DNA of 64,000 nucleotides from an uncultured Bacteroidota bacterium (GCA_903844645.1 CAIMUP010000013.1:1428-65427); one strand, 5' to 3'; positions 1-10,356 are shown, counted from the stretch's first letter. Program-made: numbers and translations. Notes: generated from the sequence alone by a model not told the origin.

Positions 1-1791
1 CACTTGTTCGGTTTCTTCTCGATATTTAATTCCGATGCTATCAATTCCGTGGAATTAATCAAAGGCGGAATGCCTGCACAATATGGTGGTCGGCTTGCCT
101 CGGTCTTGGATATTTCGATGAAGGAAGGCAACAATCAATCCTTCCATGTGGATGGAGGCATCGGGGTGATTGCATCGCGCCTCACCATCCAGGGACCTAT
201 CGAAAAGAACAAATGTTCGTTCATTATTTCTGCAAGACGGACTTATATTGATGTGCTTGCCGCACCGTTCATCAGCAATTCCTCGCCGTTCAAGGGGAGC
301 GGGTATTTCTTCTATGATTTGAATGCCAAACTGAATTATCAATTCTCGGATAAGGATAAACTTTTCGTCAGTGGGTACTTTGGTCGCGATGTATTTTCTT
401 ATAAGAATTCCGACAATGGTTTCTCTGTAGATATTCCATGGGGCAACACCACCGTTTCGGCTCGTTGGAATCATTTATTCAGCAATAAAGTCTTTATGAA
501 TACCTCGCTGATCTATACCGATTATCAATTCCAATCCAGCTTTACGGAGAGCCAGTTCCAGTTCAGTTTATCTTCCGGCATCCGCGACTTTAATGCCAAG
601 TGGGACTTGAATTATTACCCTAACCTTCGTCATAATATTAAATTCGGAGCGATTTATACCTTCCATATCTTCACCCCGAGTACCATCTCTGGGCAGTCGG
701 GTTCGGTGGTGTTTAATCCTGGCAAACTGCACCTGTATGCCCAAGAGCCTGCCCTGTATGTCAGCGATGATTACGACCTTACTGATAGGATTAAAATTCA
801 TGCAGGCTTGCGGTATTCCGCTTTCCAGCAGATAGGTCCTTATAATTTCTTCCTCCATGATAAAAACGGCTCCATCACGGATACGATTCACTATGCCGAC
901 ATGGCTAACGTAGCTTTTTATCAAGGGTTGGAGCCGCGCGTTTCCATCCGATATTCCATCAATAAAAAGTCATCCCTCAAAGCGGGATATACGATTAACG
1001 ACCAGTACATGCACCTCGTGTCGCTGTCCACGGTTACGCTGCCCACCGATGTTTGGATGCCTACTTCGCAGAAAGTGAAGCCCGAAATCGGTACGCAATA
1101 TTCGATGGGTTACTTCCGAAATTTCAAAAAGGAAACGTACGAAACATCGGTCGAGGTGTATTACAAGGAGATGAAGCACATGATTGATTATGCCGATGGC
1201 TCGACCTACGGCGATAGCTATCAGGACAACTTCGACAAGTCGTTCGTATTTGGCAAAGGATGGTCGTATGGCGTGGAATTATTCATCAAGAAAGACCTCG
1301 GCAAACTGACGGGCTGGATCGGATATACCCTCTCCTATACCAACCGCAACTTCCCTGATAACAACGATTCGATGACCTTCCCCGCGAAGTACGATCGCCG
1401 CCACGATTTATCAGTCGTCGCGAACTATGTTTTCAATGATCATTGGACGTTCTCCAGCCAATTTGTATATGCTACTGGCGATGCGCTGACGGTCGAAACG
1501 GGGCGGTATTTCATCGAAAACCGGATCATGCCGGAATACGGCGCGAGGAATAATTACCGCCTCGACCCATACCATCGCGCCGATGTTTCGGCGACTTATA
1601 TCCGCAAAAAGCATGAGAAATACCAATCGTCCTGGACGTTCTCGATCTACAATGTGTACAACCGCCACAATCCGTATTTCATCTACCCCTCTACGTATGG
1701 CAGCACGGTGTTGAATAACCTGAAATTAACCGAAAAGGAGGTTTCCTTATTCCCGATTCTGCCTTCCGTCACCTGGAATTTTAAGTTTTAA
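1..1791 (+). CDS. TonB-dependent outer-membrane receptor, C-terminal 595 aa (5' end lies outside window)
   Basis: ORF 4..1791 is open to the window edge. It contains a plug-domain-like motif (SVELIKGGMPAQYGG) and has a long beta-barrel-like composition. The terminal ...TWNFKF aromatic C-terminus is typical of OM barrels. A DUF4249-like lipoprotein gene follows immediately, which is the usual partner. Confidence 0.8.
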   Translation, partial: HLFGFFSIFNSDAINSVELIKGGMPAQYGGRLASVLDISMKEGNNQSFHVDGGIGVIASRLTIQGPIEKNKCSFIISARRTYIDVLAAPFISNSSPFKGSGYFFYDLNAKLNYQFSDKDKLFVSGYFGRDVFSYKNSDNGFSVDIPWGNTTVSARWNHLFSNKVFMNTSLIYTDYQFQSSFTESQFQFSLSSGIRDFNAKWDLNYYPNLRHNIKFGAIYTFHIFTPSTISGQSGSVVFNPGKLHLYAQEPALYVSDDYDLTDRIKIHAGLRYSAFQQIGPYNFFLHDKNGSITDTIHYADMANVAFYQGLEPRVSIRYSINKKSSLKAGYTINDQYMHLVSLSTVTLPTDVWMPTSQKVKPEIGTQYSMGYFRNFKKETYETSVEVYYKEMKHMIDYADGSTYGDSYQDNFDKSFVFGKGWSYGVELFIKKDLGKLTGWIGYTLSYTNRNFPDNNDSMTFPAKYDRRHDLSVVANYVFNDHWTFSSQFVYATGDALTVETGRYFIENRIMPEYGARNNYRLDPYHRADVSATYIRKKHEKYQSSWTFSIYNVYNRHNPYFIYPSTYGSTVLNNLKLTEKEVSLFPILPSVTWNFKF

Positions 1792-1844
1792 TGATGGAAA
1801 GGGAGATTTTGAATCATAAAATGGAGTTCAATAAGGGAATTAGT

Positions 1845-2046
1845 GCCGCGCAAATGATTATTAGCGGAGCTCGAATAGGTATTAGAGGAGCTCAAATGGT
1901 TATTAGAGGAGCTCGAATAGGTATTAGAGGAGTTCGAATAGGTATTAGAGGAGTTCGAATAGGTATTAGAGGAGCTCTAATAGGTATTAGAGGAGCTCAA
2001 ATAGGTATTGGAAGAGCTCAAATAGGTATTAGAGGAGCTCAAATTC
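1845..2046. repeat. 21-bp tandem repeat array A, about 9.5 copies, unit GGAGCTCGAATAGGTATTAGA
   Basis: Direct reading: units at 1866-1886, 1887-1907 and onward through 2033, plus partial units at each end. Variants are GTTCGAATA and GCTCAAATG. The array is intergenic between the receptor and the lipoprotein gene. Confidence 0.95.
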
Positions 2047-2077
2047 CATCAATTTGTATTAATAAATTAGCTGTATC

Positions 2078-2974
2078 ATGAAAAAACTACTCTTTCTCCT
2101 TGCCCTGATTCCATTCATCTTTATCGGTTGCGAGAAAGATATTGCCGTGAATTTCCCGCCGCCACCCGATTTATTGGTCATCGAAGGGCACATCGAGCCG
2201 GGCGGATTTGCCTACGTTCACGTTACGCGGAATGCCAATTATTTCGCCTCCACGAATACCGATTCGCTGTTGCAATACCTCGTTACGGATGCCATCGTGG
2301 TAGTTTCTGATGGGATATTAATGGATACTTTGAAACAGACATTCGCCCCGTATTTGGACCCTTATTTCCCTGCTCCGGTGATTTATCTGGGGCAATTAAT
2401 CATCGGGCAACCGAACCATACCTACACACTGAAAGTCATTGCCAACGGGCAAACAGTTACCGCCACGACCTCCATCCCCGGGCTTGTACCGCTCGATAGT
2501 ACCTGGTTTAAGGTGGAGAATAACCTCGACAGTTTGGGATATGTTTACGGACACATGCACGACCCCGATTCCTTGGGCAATGCCTACCGGTTTATGATCA
2601 AACGGATTGGGCATTTCTCCGATGGCAAGCAGAAGGATTTGGGATTTATTGCCGATGTGAATTCGGTATTTGATGATAAAGTAATTAATGGGCAGAGCTT
2701 TGATGGCGACTTCAACCGTCCACATCTGCCGCATGATACCTCGGTCGAGAATCACAATATCGAGAATGGATATTTCAAGAAAGGCGATACCATCGTCCTG
2801 AAATGGATGACCCTCGACCACGATCATTACAAGTTCTGGCAAACCGAAGGTATCGCCGCCAATGGCGCGGATAATCCCTTCGCCTCCCCGACCATTATCA
2901 AGAGTAATATCAAAGGCGGCTTAGGTATTTGGGGAGGCTATGGCACGACCTATGACACGATTATTGCGAAATAA
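2078..2974 (+). CDS. lipoprotein, DUF4249-like (typical downstream partner of TonB-dependent receptors in Bacteroidota)
   Basis: Signal peptide plus lipobox (LLALIPFIFIGC). The size is about 300 aa. Position directly after a TonB-dependent receptor gene. Confidence 0.5.
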   Translation: MKKLLFLLALIPFIFIGCEKDIAVNFPPPPDLLVIEGHIEPGGFAYVHVTRNANYFASTNTDSLLQYLVTDAIVVVSDGILMDTLKQTFAPYLDPYFPAPVIYLGQLIIGQPNHTYTLKVIANGQTVTATTSIPGLVPLDSTWFKVENNLDSLGYVYGHMHDPDSLGNAYRFMIKRIGHFSDGKQKDLGFIADVNSVFDDKVINGQSFDGDFNRPHLPHDTSVENHNIENGYFKKGDTIVLKWMTLDHDHYKFWQTEGIAANGADNPFASPTIIKSNIKGGLGIWGGYGTTYDTIIAK

Positions 2975-2983
2975 AAGATAACT

Positions 2984-3919
2984 ATGGAAGAAAAAGTAAA
3001 ATGTTTAATCATCGGCTCGGGTCCTGCGGGATATACAGCCGCTATTTATGCCGCCAGAGCCGATATGAAACCCGTGCTTTATCAGGGTTTGCAGCCTGGC
3101 GGTCAATTAACCATCACTACCGAAGTAGAGAACTATCCGGGCTACCCCAAGGGCACTATGGGTCCGGAGATGATGGAGGATTTCAAAGCCCAAGCCGAAC
3201 GATTCGGGACAGATATTCGATGGGGATATGCCACCTCGGTGGATTTCTCTGGTGCAGTTCATAAAGTTATTATTGATGAAACCACGACCATCTTCGCCGA
3301 TACGGTAATCATCGCAACCGGTGCTTCTGCCAAGTGGCTCGGATTGGAATCCGAACAACGACTGAATGGTTTCGGGGTATCGGCATGTGCCGTCTGCGAT
3401 GGTTTCTTTTTCAAGAAGCAAGATGTCGCCATCGTTGGTGCCGGAGATACCGCTGCCGAAGAAGCTACTTACCTCGCCAAGCTATGCAACAAGGTGTATA
3501 TGATTATTCGTCGTGATGAGATGCGAGCTTCCAAAGCCATGCAACATCGCGTGCAGAATACTGCCAACATCGAAATTATTTATAACTCCGAAACCAAAGA
3601 AATCCTTGGCGAGAAGACCGTAGAAGCCGTCTTGGTTTATGATATTAAGAACAAGGTAGAGCGGAAACTCGATGTTACTGGCTTCTTCGTCGCGATAGGT
3701 CATCAGCCCAACACCGATTTATTCAAAGGCATCCTCGACATGGATGAAAACGGCTATTTAATCACCATTCCCGGCACTACCAAAACCAATGTCGGAGGCA
3801 TTTTTGCTGCAGGCGATGTCGCTGACCATGTGTATCGCCAAGCCGTTACCGCAGCCGGAACCGGATGTATGGCAGCCATAGATGCCGAAAGATATTTAGC
3901 CGCCAAAGGCATCCATTAA
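2984..3919 (+). CDS. trxB: thioredoxin-disulfide reductase
   Basis: FAD motif GSGPAGYTAAIYAARA, redox-active CAVCD motif and second NAD(P) Rossmann motif GAGDTAAEEA. Length is 311 aa. Confidence 0.92.
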   Translation: MEEKVKCLIIGSGPAGYTAAIYAARADMKPVLYQGLQPGGQLTITTEVENYPGYPKGTMGPEMMEDFKAQAERFGTDIRWGYATSVDFSGAVHKVIIDETTTIFADTVIIATGASAKWLGLESEQRLNGFGVSACAVCDGFFFKKQDVAIVGAGDTAAEEATYLAKLCNKVYMIIRRDEMRASKAMQHRVQNTANIEIIYNSETKEILGEKTVEAVLVYDIKNKVERKLDVTGFFVAIGHQPNTDLFKGILDMDENGYLITIPGTTKTNVGGIFAAGDVADHVYRQAVTAAGTGCMAAIDAERYLAAKGIH

Positions 3920-4089
3920 AAGGGGTAAAATAAATTTTGATTAGATAGCTCGCCTGCCGATCTCCTGAATGTTTTTTCTCATTACAAATTTCCTTTTCTT
4001 GTATTTTTTCGAGTTCCCCGAGGAATGAAATTTCTTTAATCGAGGCATTAGGAAAAAAAGCAGGGCATCAAATTACCCAATTTCATACC

Positions 4090-4345
4090 TTAAGTTTTTG
4101 CTCAAGGCATCACATTACCCGATGTGTGGGGTTGAGCAAAAACTTAATGCTTCACATCATCCAATTTGGAGGTATGGGAAAAAAAGTAATGCCCCACATT
4201 ACCCGATTTTGGGGTATGGCAAAAAACCTAATGCCCCACATTACCCAATGTGATGGTATGGCAAAAAACCTAATGCCCCACCTTACCCAATGCGGGGGTA
4301 TGAGCAAAAAAGTAGTGCCTCACATTACCTAATGTGGGGGTGTGA
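4090..4345. repeat. 42-bp tandem repeat array B, 6 copies, each with an internal short inverted repeat (CACATT...AATGTG)
   Basis: Units such as CAAAAAACCTAATGCCCCACATTACCCAATGTGATGGTATGG repeat head to tail. The array lies between the convergent trxB and symporter genes. The period is 42, which is 2 x 21. Confidence 0.9.
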
Positions 4346-4551
4346 TTTTCAATACATTCAAATATAAAATAAGAATCTCTAAAAATAGCCTCCAAGGTAG
4401 TGATCAAATAGAGCAATCAAAATAAAATAAAAAAATGATTAAATAAAATAATGAAAATTATGATAGACTTCGCAAAGTATTTTTTAATCCTTTTTATGAT
4501 AAATTCATTTACCGGGATAAATTGAAGCAATTTACCGAGGAAGGAGGTATT

Positions 4552-6069
4552 TTATAAACTCACTTTGGGATGAATTTTGTATTTTGCGATTAATAACAAG
4601 CCGATAAAAGTCAGCAGTCCGTTAATCATCAGCATCTCGAATCCGAATTGATAGGAGGTGAATAATTCTTTTGAATAAGTGTTCAGAAGGTAGCAAATTG
4701 TGGGCGGAAAAAGGGCGATGACAGGCACCAATTTATCCCTTACTTGCAGCTTCGTAAAGAGTCCGAAAACAAACAACCCGAGCAAGGGTCCGTAGGTATA
4801 ATTGGCGATGGTGAAGAGGTTATTCAGCACCGATTCTTTGATGGAGGTCTTGAAATAAACGATGACCAACAGCAAAATTATAGCGAAGCACAAATGCACC
4901 ACGCGGCGTACTTGCACTTGCTTCTTCTCGGTCCAGTTTTTTTCTCTGATACCGATAAAATCTATGCAGAAAGAGGTCGTCAAAGCGGTCAAAGCACCGT
5001 CAGCACTCGGGAAGGCTGCAGATATTAATCCGATAATGAAAAAAATACCGGAAACAGGTCCGAGAAAATGCAAGGCAATGGTCGGGAACAGGTCGTCTGA
5101 ATGCACCGGTATCGCAATGTTTTTCGCAGCAGCGAACAGGTAAAGCAATGCCCCCAAACAAAGGAACATAATGTTCACAAAGAAGAGAATAATACTGAAG
5201 GTGAACATGTTTTTTTGGGATTCTTTGAGGGTCTTGCACGAGATATTCTTTTGCATCATCTCTTGGTCTAAGCCCGTCATAGCGATAGCGATAAAAGCAC
5301 CGCCAAAGAAGTGCTTCAAGAAGAATTTTTTGTCGTTAAAATCAGTAACGAAGATGGCGGAATGCGGACGGTTTTTGATATTTGAAATCATATCGGTAAT
5401 GGAGAAGTTCAGTTCTTTCCCGATAAGATAAATCGTGATTACCACGGCTAATAACATGAAGGTTGTTTGCAAGGTATCTGTCCAAACAATCGTCTTTACG
5501 CCGCCCTGAAAGGTATAAAGTAAAATCAATACGATGAATGCCGCAACCGTTACTGTGAAAGGGATTCCCCACTCATCGAAAACGAATATCTGTAACACAT
5601 TAACCACAATATAAAGCCTGAATGACGCACCAATTACTCGCGAAAGCAGGAAGAAAAAAGCACCTGTTTTGTAACTGTATGCCCCGAAGCGTTGCAGTAG
5701 ATAGGAATAGATGGAAGTGAGGTTTAATCTATAATAAAGTGGCAGTAAGATGGTGGCGATAACAGCATACCCGACCATGTATCCTAAGACCATCTGGAAG
5801 TAAGCGAAGTGTTGCGGACCCACCCCTCCGGGTACCGACATAAAGGTTACACCGGATAGCGAAGCACCGATCATTCCGTAGGCTACCAGATACCATTTCG
5901 AGGACCTGTTGCCGATGAAGTAGGTTTCATTCGTGGCGTTGCGGCTGGTAAGATATGTGATGAGGAAAAGCACCGCAGAATACACCACCACGCAGGTTAA
6001 AAGTAAAGAAGGAGTCATTGTTTTTTTATAAGATGAGCAAAGAAACATAAAAGTATGGTAATTTTGCAA
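4552..6069 (-). CDS. sodium:solute symporter family (SSF) transporter
   Basis: About 13 predicted TM segments. SSF-like N-terminal region (FIGNRSSKWYLVAYGMIGASLSGVTFMSVPG). The start may be the internal Met of MTPSLLL at about 6018. Confidence 0.75.
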   Translation of the reverse strand: MQNYHTFMFLCSSYKKTMTPSLLLTCVVVYSAVLFLITYLTSRNATNETYFIGNRSSKWYLVAYGMIGASLSGVTFMSVPGGVGPQHFAYFQMVLGYMVGYAVIATILLPLYYRLNLTSIYSYLLQRFGAYSYKTGAFFFLLSRVIGASFRLYIVVNVLQIFVFDEWGIPFTVTVAAFIVLILLYTFQGGVKTIVWTDTLQTTFMLLAVVITIYLIGKELNFSITDMISNIKNRPHSAIFVTDFNDKKFFLKHFFGGAFIAIAMTGLDQEMMQKNISCKTLKESQKNMFTFSIILFFVNIMFLCLGALLYLFAAAKNIAIPVHSDDLFPTIALHFLGPVSGIFFIIGLISAAFPSADGALTALTTSFCIDFIGIREKNWTEKKQVQVRRVVHLCFAIILLLVIVYFKTSIKESVLNNLFTIANYTYGPLLGLFVFGLFTKLQVRDKLVPVIALFPPTICYLLNTYSKELFTSYQFGFEMLMINGLLTFIGLLLIAKYKIHPKVSL

Positions 6070-6086
6070 CCTGAATCAAAGAAATC

Positions 6087-7532
6087 ATGATAGAAAAGAT
6101 AAAAGCATTTGAAGAAATAGCACGGCAACTGGAGCCGAATGCCCCTATTCGTAAGGGAGTCAGGAAGAAGGTGATAGATTATACAGAAGATTTTCTGGAT
6201 AACATTTATTCTCTGAAAGCCTACGAACAAACTGATGATCAAGGCAAAGGACTCTTCGATTCTCCCATTAATGATGTTACGATAGACATTGAGGAGGCGA
6301 TACAAATCATCTTCGAGAATGTGGATACGCAAGGATTGAATCCGGCTTCTGGCGGACATCTTGGGTATATCCCCGGTGGTGGCATCTATTATTCTGCTTT
6401 GGCAGATTATATGGCAGCTATTACCAATCGGTATGCAGGAATTTTCTTTGCCTCGCAAGGTGCGGTAAGGATGGAGAACCTGTTGATAAAATGGATGGCT
6501 AATATCGTAGGCTATGACGAAGCCGCAAGTGGAAACCTTACCACTGGCGGCAGCCTTGCCAATCTTATCGCGATAGTTACCGCCAGAGATGCCCATAATA
6601 TTAAAGCGAAAGACATCGAGAAAACCGTTATTTATTTGAGTGAGCAAGCACATCACAGCGTGGAGAAAGCCATCCGTATTGCGGGCATGAATGAATGCCA
6701 AAAACGCTTCCTTCCGATGGATGAAAGGTATCGTATCAAACCTGATGCTTTGGAAGAATATATCAAACAAGATCTATCCGATGGCTTGAAGCCCTGGTTG
6801 GTGATCGCTGCTGCCGGAACGACTGATGTTGGGGCGGTGGACCCCTTGGATAAGATAGGAACCATTGCCAATGAATACAACCTTTGGTTTCATGTGGATG
6901 GTGCTTATGGCGGCTTCTTCGCCTTGACCGATGAAGGTAAAACAATCCTCAAAGGCATCGAGAAATCTGACTCCGTAATCATGGATCCGCATAAAAGTTT
7001 GTTCCTGCCTTACGGGCTTGGCGTGGTCTTGATAAAGGACAAGAAACACCTCTACCATGCCCATCATTACTTCGCCAATTACATGCAAGACACCTTGAAA
7101 AATGCCGATGAATTATCCCCCGCAGACCTCTCGCCAGAACTTACCAAACACTACCGCAGCCTGCGATTGTGGCTCCCCCTGAAACTCCACGGCGTAGCCC
7201 CCTTCCGTGCCGCTTTGGAAGAGAAATTACTACTCGCAAAATACTTCTACGACAAGATAAAAACCACCAAAGGCTTCGAGGTATTGATAGCCCCGCAACT
7301 CTCCGTCATCATCTTCCGATACATCCCCAAAAGCGGCGATGCGAACGCCTTCAACGAACGCATCATTCAGGAAATTCACAAAGACGGACGCATCTTCTTT
7401 TCCTCCACCACCATCAACGGAAACTACATGCTGCGCCTCGCCATCCTCTCCTTCCGAACACACCTCGAAACGGTAGATTTAGCCCTCCAAATCATCAATG
7501 AAAAAGTAGCGTTATTAAACCTCAAACCTTAA
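6087..7532 (+). CDS. PLP-dependent amino-acid decarboxylase (group II, aromatic-L-amino-acid/glutamate decarboxylase family)
   Basis: HVDGAYGG motif and the PLP-lysine motif DPHKSLFLPYG. Length is 481 aa. Transcribed divergently from the symporter. Confidence 0.8.
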   Translation: MIEKIKAFEEIARQLEPNAPIRKGVRKKVIDYTEDFLDNIYSLKAYEQTDDQGKGLFDSPINDVTIDIEEAIQIIFENVDTQGLNPASGGHLGYIPGGGIYYSALADYMAAITNRYAGIFFASQGAVRMENLLIKWMANIVGYDEAASGNLTTGGSLANLIAIVTARDAHNIKAKDIEKTVIYLSEQAHHSVEKAIRIAGMNECQKRFLPMDERYRIKPDALEEYIKQDLSDGLKPWLVIAAAGTTDVGAVDPLDKIGTIANEYNLWFHVDGAYGGFFALTDEGKTILKGIEKSDSVIMDPHKSLFLPYGLGVVLIKDKKHLYHAHHYFANYMQDTLKNADELSPADLSPELTKHYRSLRLWLPLKLHGVAPFRAALEEKLLLAKYFYDKIKTTKGFEVLIAPQLSVIIFRYIPKSGDANAFNERIIQEIHKDGRIFFSSTTINGNYMLRLAILSFRTHLETVDLALQIINEKVALLNLKP

Positions 7533-7557
7533 AGCCTTTACATCTTCACGACCATTA

Positions 7558-7592
7558 TTAAATAAAAAAAAGTGGCATTTTTTTATGCCGCT
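7558..7592 (+). terminator. weak rho-independent terminator after the decarboxylase gene
   Basis: GTGGCAT-TTTTTTT-ATGCCGC imperfect hairpin followed by a T-rich tract. Confidence 0.35.
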
Positions 7593-7671
7593 TTATAAAT
7601 ATTTCTTTGATAGAAGTTGGTAAAGTGAGAAATTATTAGTAGTTTTGTGCGCTCAAATAAAAAACACATAG

Positions 7672-8652
7672 ATGAAAAACTCCCACCTACTCTTTTTCTT
7701 TTTTCTTTTTATAATCGGAAAGCCAATGATTGCGCAGAATCTTGTTCCGAACCCAAGTTTCGAGTTACATGATAGCTGCCCTGATAATGAAGACCAAATA
7801 CAAAGAGCAATAGGATGGTCTAAATACAGTAATATTGCTTCTACTCCTGATTATTATAATGCCTGTGATACTGGTGGACAGTTATGCGTGCCACCAGTTA
7901 ATGGGGGATTTACTCAATCATCAGCACATAGTGGTCATGCTTATGGAGCAGTTGTAACATTTGCTAAACAAATTCATAATTATCGTGAGTATATCGGTAT
8001 ACAATTATCTCAATCTTTAACTATTGGTCAGGATTATTTTCTCTCCTTTTATACAACCACTGGAGAAGTATGGGGTTTAGGAATGCCTTCAAATAATCTT
8101 GGTATTCGTTTATCAACTGTTGCTTTTAATCCAAATAATCCAACTCCAATTAATAATTATGCTCATTTATATTCTTCGGCAATTATTAGTGATACCATAA
8201 ACTGGGTACATGTTTCCGGAACAATAACAGCAGATTCGACTTATCATTATTTGGTAATTGGTAATTTCTTTACTGATAGCCTCACGGACACGATTTGCTG
8301 GCGACAGACAAATTCATTAGAATGTTATTATGCAGTTGACGATATTTGCATTACACCTGCTGCTGATTCAATGATATGTATGGAGTTCACTTCAGTTGAT
8401 GAAATAAAATTTCCCGAGGATATTAATGTATTTCCAAATCCGGCAACTGATTTTGTAAATATCGTTTTCGATGAAAATCAAGAAACGGAAATTATATTAT
8501 TTGATATGTTAGGGAATACGATTTACAAGAATCTAATTACAAATAAGAGCGCAAGATTATGTATATCTGCTATTCCGCGTGGATGTTATGAATTAAAAAT
8601 TACCAGCAAGAGAGATTATAAAACTTATATAAAAAAAATTGTTAAACTATAA
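7672..8652 (+). CDS. secreted protein with T9SS type-A C-terminal sorting domain
   Basis: N-terminal signal peptide followed by the LVPNPSFE motif. C-terminal about 80 aa (VFPNPATDFVNIVF...YELKITS) matches the Por/T9SS CTD pattern. Confidence 0.7.
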   Translation: MKNSHLLFFFFLFIIGKPMIAQNLVPNPSFELHDSCPDNEDQIQRAIGWSKYSNIASTPDYYNACDTGGQLCVPPVNGGFTQSSAHSGHAYGAVVTFAKQIHNYREYIGIQLSQSLTIGQDYFLSFYTTTGEVWGLGMPSNNLGIRLSTVAFNPNNPTPINNYAHLYSSAIISDTINWVHVSGTITADSTYHYLVIGNFFTDSLTDTICWRQTNSLECYYAVDDICITPAADSMICMEFTSVDEIKFPEDINVFPNPATDFVNIVFDENQETEIILFDMLGNTIYKNLITNKSARLCISAIPRGCYELKITSKRDYKTYIKKIVKL

Positions 8653-8718
8653 AAAAATAAAATGAAAAACTATTGCTTTCGGTTTAGGAAAAATGCAGGG
8701 CGGTTTAGCTTTTATATT

Positions 8719-8928
8719 GACCTGTTTAAAGTTTATGTCGGTCTGTTTAAAGTTTGTATCGGTCTGTTTAAAGTTTAAACAGGTCTGTTTAAAGTTTGTA
8801 TCGGTCTGTTTAAAGTTTAAACAGGTCTGTTTAAAGTTTAAACAGGTCTGTTTAAAGTTTGTATCGGTCTGTTTAAAGTTTAAACAGACCTGTTTAAAAT
8901 TTGTACAGACCTGTTTAAAAACTATATT
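8719..8928. repeat. 21-bp tandem repeat array C, 10 copies, units GGTCTGTTTAAAGTTTGTATC and GGTCTGTTTAAAGTTTAAACA alternating
   Basis: Direct reading: units at 8719, 8740, 8761 and onward through 8908. Contains palindromic GTTTAAAC cores. The two variants follow an a-b-a-b-b-a-b higher-order pattern. Confidence 0.95.
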
Positions 8929-9076
8929 GACATAGTAAAATGTTATTAATCATAGCATTTATGCTTTTCAGAGGGTAAAATATGCAATAATTACTAAAAA
9001 TAAATCTTCAGAAAATAGTTTAATCGGAATATTATCCCGTTCTTTGCCGCCGTAAAACCAATAAATACATATTAAA

Positions 9077-9712
9077 ATGTCTAACCTACTACCAGGCACA
9101 CCGATAAAAGCAAGTCGCAAATTCATGACTTTCGGAAGAGTAAAGCTTATTGCTGAATATGAATTAGTGAAAACGGGAATGACCAGTCCTGCCGGCATCG
9201 GTCATTATGCAAATCCTACGGTTGCATTCGCCACCATGGACCCTATCAAGCAGGCAATTACTGATGCCTATAACTTAAAAGATAAGGTAACGATGCGGGC
9301 AAGGATCAAGGATTTGAAAGATGACATGCGCAAGAACGCGACTTTTGCTGAAGAACATTGTAACAACGACCTCGCCACGTTGTTATTGAGCGGTTACAAA
9401 GAAGCTCAACAGGGTGGTGGTCCTGAAATAGCCATTGGCGGCACTACTAATTTGAAAGCTGGCGATACAGGAATTGTTGGCGAAATGAAAGGAACTTACA
9501 GAAGACCAGCTGGAACGAAACATGTCGAGGGATGGAGCAAGTTACACAGTGCTCCGGAAACTGCCTGGGCATTGACTGCTGTGACAGATGTCGGAGAAAT
9601 CTTCTGGACAGGCGTAGCGAAAGGTGTGGAAAACGATTACAAAGTTCGTAGTGGTGCCGGTCGCAGAAAAGGTGCATTCAGTTCGGTAGTTACCGAGATT
9701 TGCAGGTATTAA
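9077..9712 (+). CDS. hypothetical protein (no recognisable domain; shares a YANP..AF.T motif with ORFs 29206 and 44324)
   Basis: 211-aa ORF with no signal peptide. Directly downstream of array C and followed by a terminator. Confidence 0.5.
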   Translation: MSNLLPGTPIKASRKFMTFGRVKLIAEYELVKTGMTSPAGIGHYANPTVAFATMDPIKQAITDAYNLKDKVTMRARIKDLKDDMRKNATFAEEHCNNDLATLLLSGYKEAQQGGGPEIAIGGTTNLKAGDTGIVGEMKGTYRRPAGTKHVEGWSKLHSAPETAWALTAVTDVGEIFWTGVAKGVENDYKVRSGAGRRKGAFSSVVTEICRY

Positions 9713-9735
9713 TTTAAGAATTAAATAAACAGGAA

Positions 9736-9778
9736 AGCCTTCGAATTGCAACATTCGGGGGCTTTTTAATTTCTATTT
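9736..9778. terminator. rho-independent terminator, shared by convergent genes
   Basis: AGCCTTCGAA-ttgcaaca-TTCGGGGGCT stem of 10 bp with 2 G-U pairs, followed by TTTTTAATTT. Confidence 0.55.
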
Positions 9779-10356
9779 GATGCCAATTTATCTTTCGCGA
9801 ATTCCATAATCTGCGGGAAGAACTCCTTGAATTCCTCGGCATATAAATCGTAATCTTTTTTTAAATCATGAATCGAAAGTTCCATCTTCGATTGGAATTT
9901 GGCACGGCGAGCCATCCCCGCCAACACCCGTTCCATCCCCTCGAAGTTAGCATAATTATAGAGCCAATTATATTCTATCATATACGGCATCATCCGCCGA
10001 ATACCTGCCGGAAGAATGGCATCCCTCGCAAGGACTATCTCGTAACAAGATTCGGAATAATCGCTTAATGAAATGTCGGAATAATCCCCCCAGTTCGCAG
10101 CCAGGAAATGGTCGTAGAAGATGTCAATAATCACCGGGGAATATTTGTGATACATCGGTCTCAACCGAACTTTTCCACGCTCCACAATAGGGTGCGTATC
10201 GGTGAATTCATCAATGCCGCGATGCAGTTCGATGCCTTTAATAATACCTACCGAATAACCATCGTAATGCTTGCCCACGACCTGGTCGGCAATAAAATTC
10301 CCAATCATTACTTCAGGGTCATCCCCCGAAAGGTAAAGATGAGCGAGAAAATTCAA
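9766..10356 (-). CDS. acpH: acyl carrier protein phosphodiesterase
   Basis: N-terminus MNFLAHLYLS is characteristic of AcpH. Length is 196 aa. Confidence 0.75.
   Translation of the reverse strand: MNFLAHLYLSGDDPEVMIGNFIADQVVGKHYDGYSVGIIKGIELHRGIDEFTDTHPIVERGKVRLRPMYHKYSPVIIDIFYDHFLAANWGDYSDISLSDYSESCYEIVLARDAILPAGIRRMMPYMIEYNWLYNYANFEGMERVLAGMARRAKFQSKMELSIHDLKKDYDLYAEEFKEFFPQIMEFAKDKLASNRN

Noticed and set aside
1791-2081. Short ORFs that run through the repeat arrays, for example 1791..2081, 4126..4332, 8693..8935, 28713..29198, 37911..38318, 41256..41456, 43810..44215, 49874..50267, 51459..51719 and 54543..54792. They translate as heptad-repeat peptides.
   Set aside because: A 21-bp period equals 7 codons, so a repeat array leaves up to six frames open by construction. 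Most of these ORFs have no convincing start context. Each array differs in sequence and sits in intergenic space. I treat them as non-coding. The one exception is the first two units of array I, which lie inside a real CDS.
6015-6770. 251-aa minus-strand ORF that overlaps the decarboxylase gene
   Set aside because: It runs antisense to a well-supported PLP decarboxylase CDS and has no recognisable motifs.
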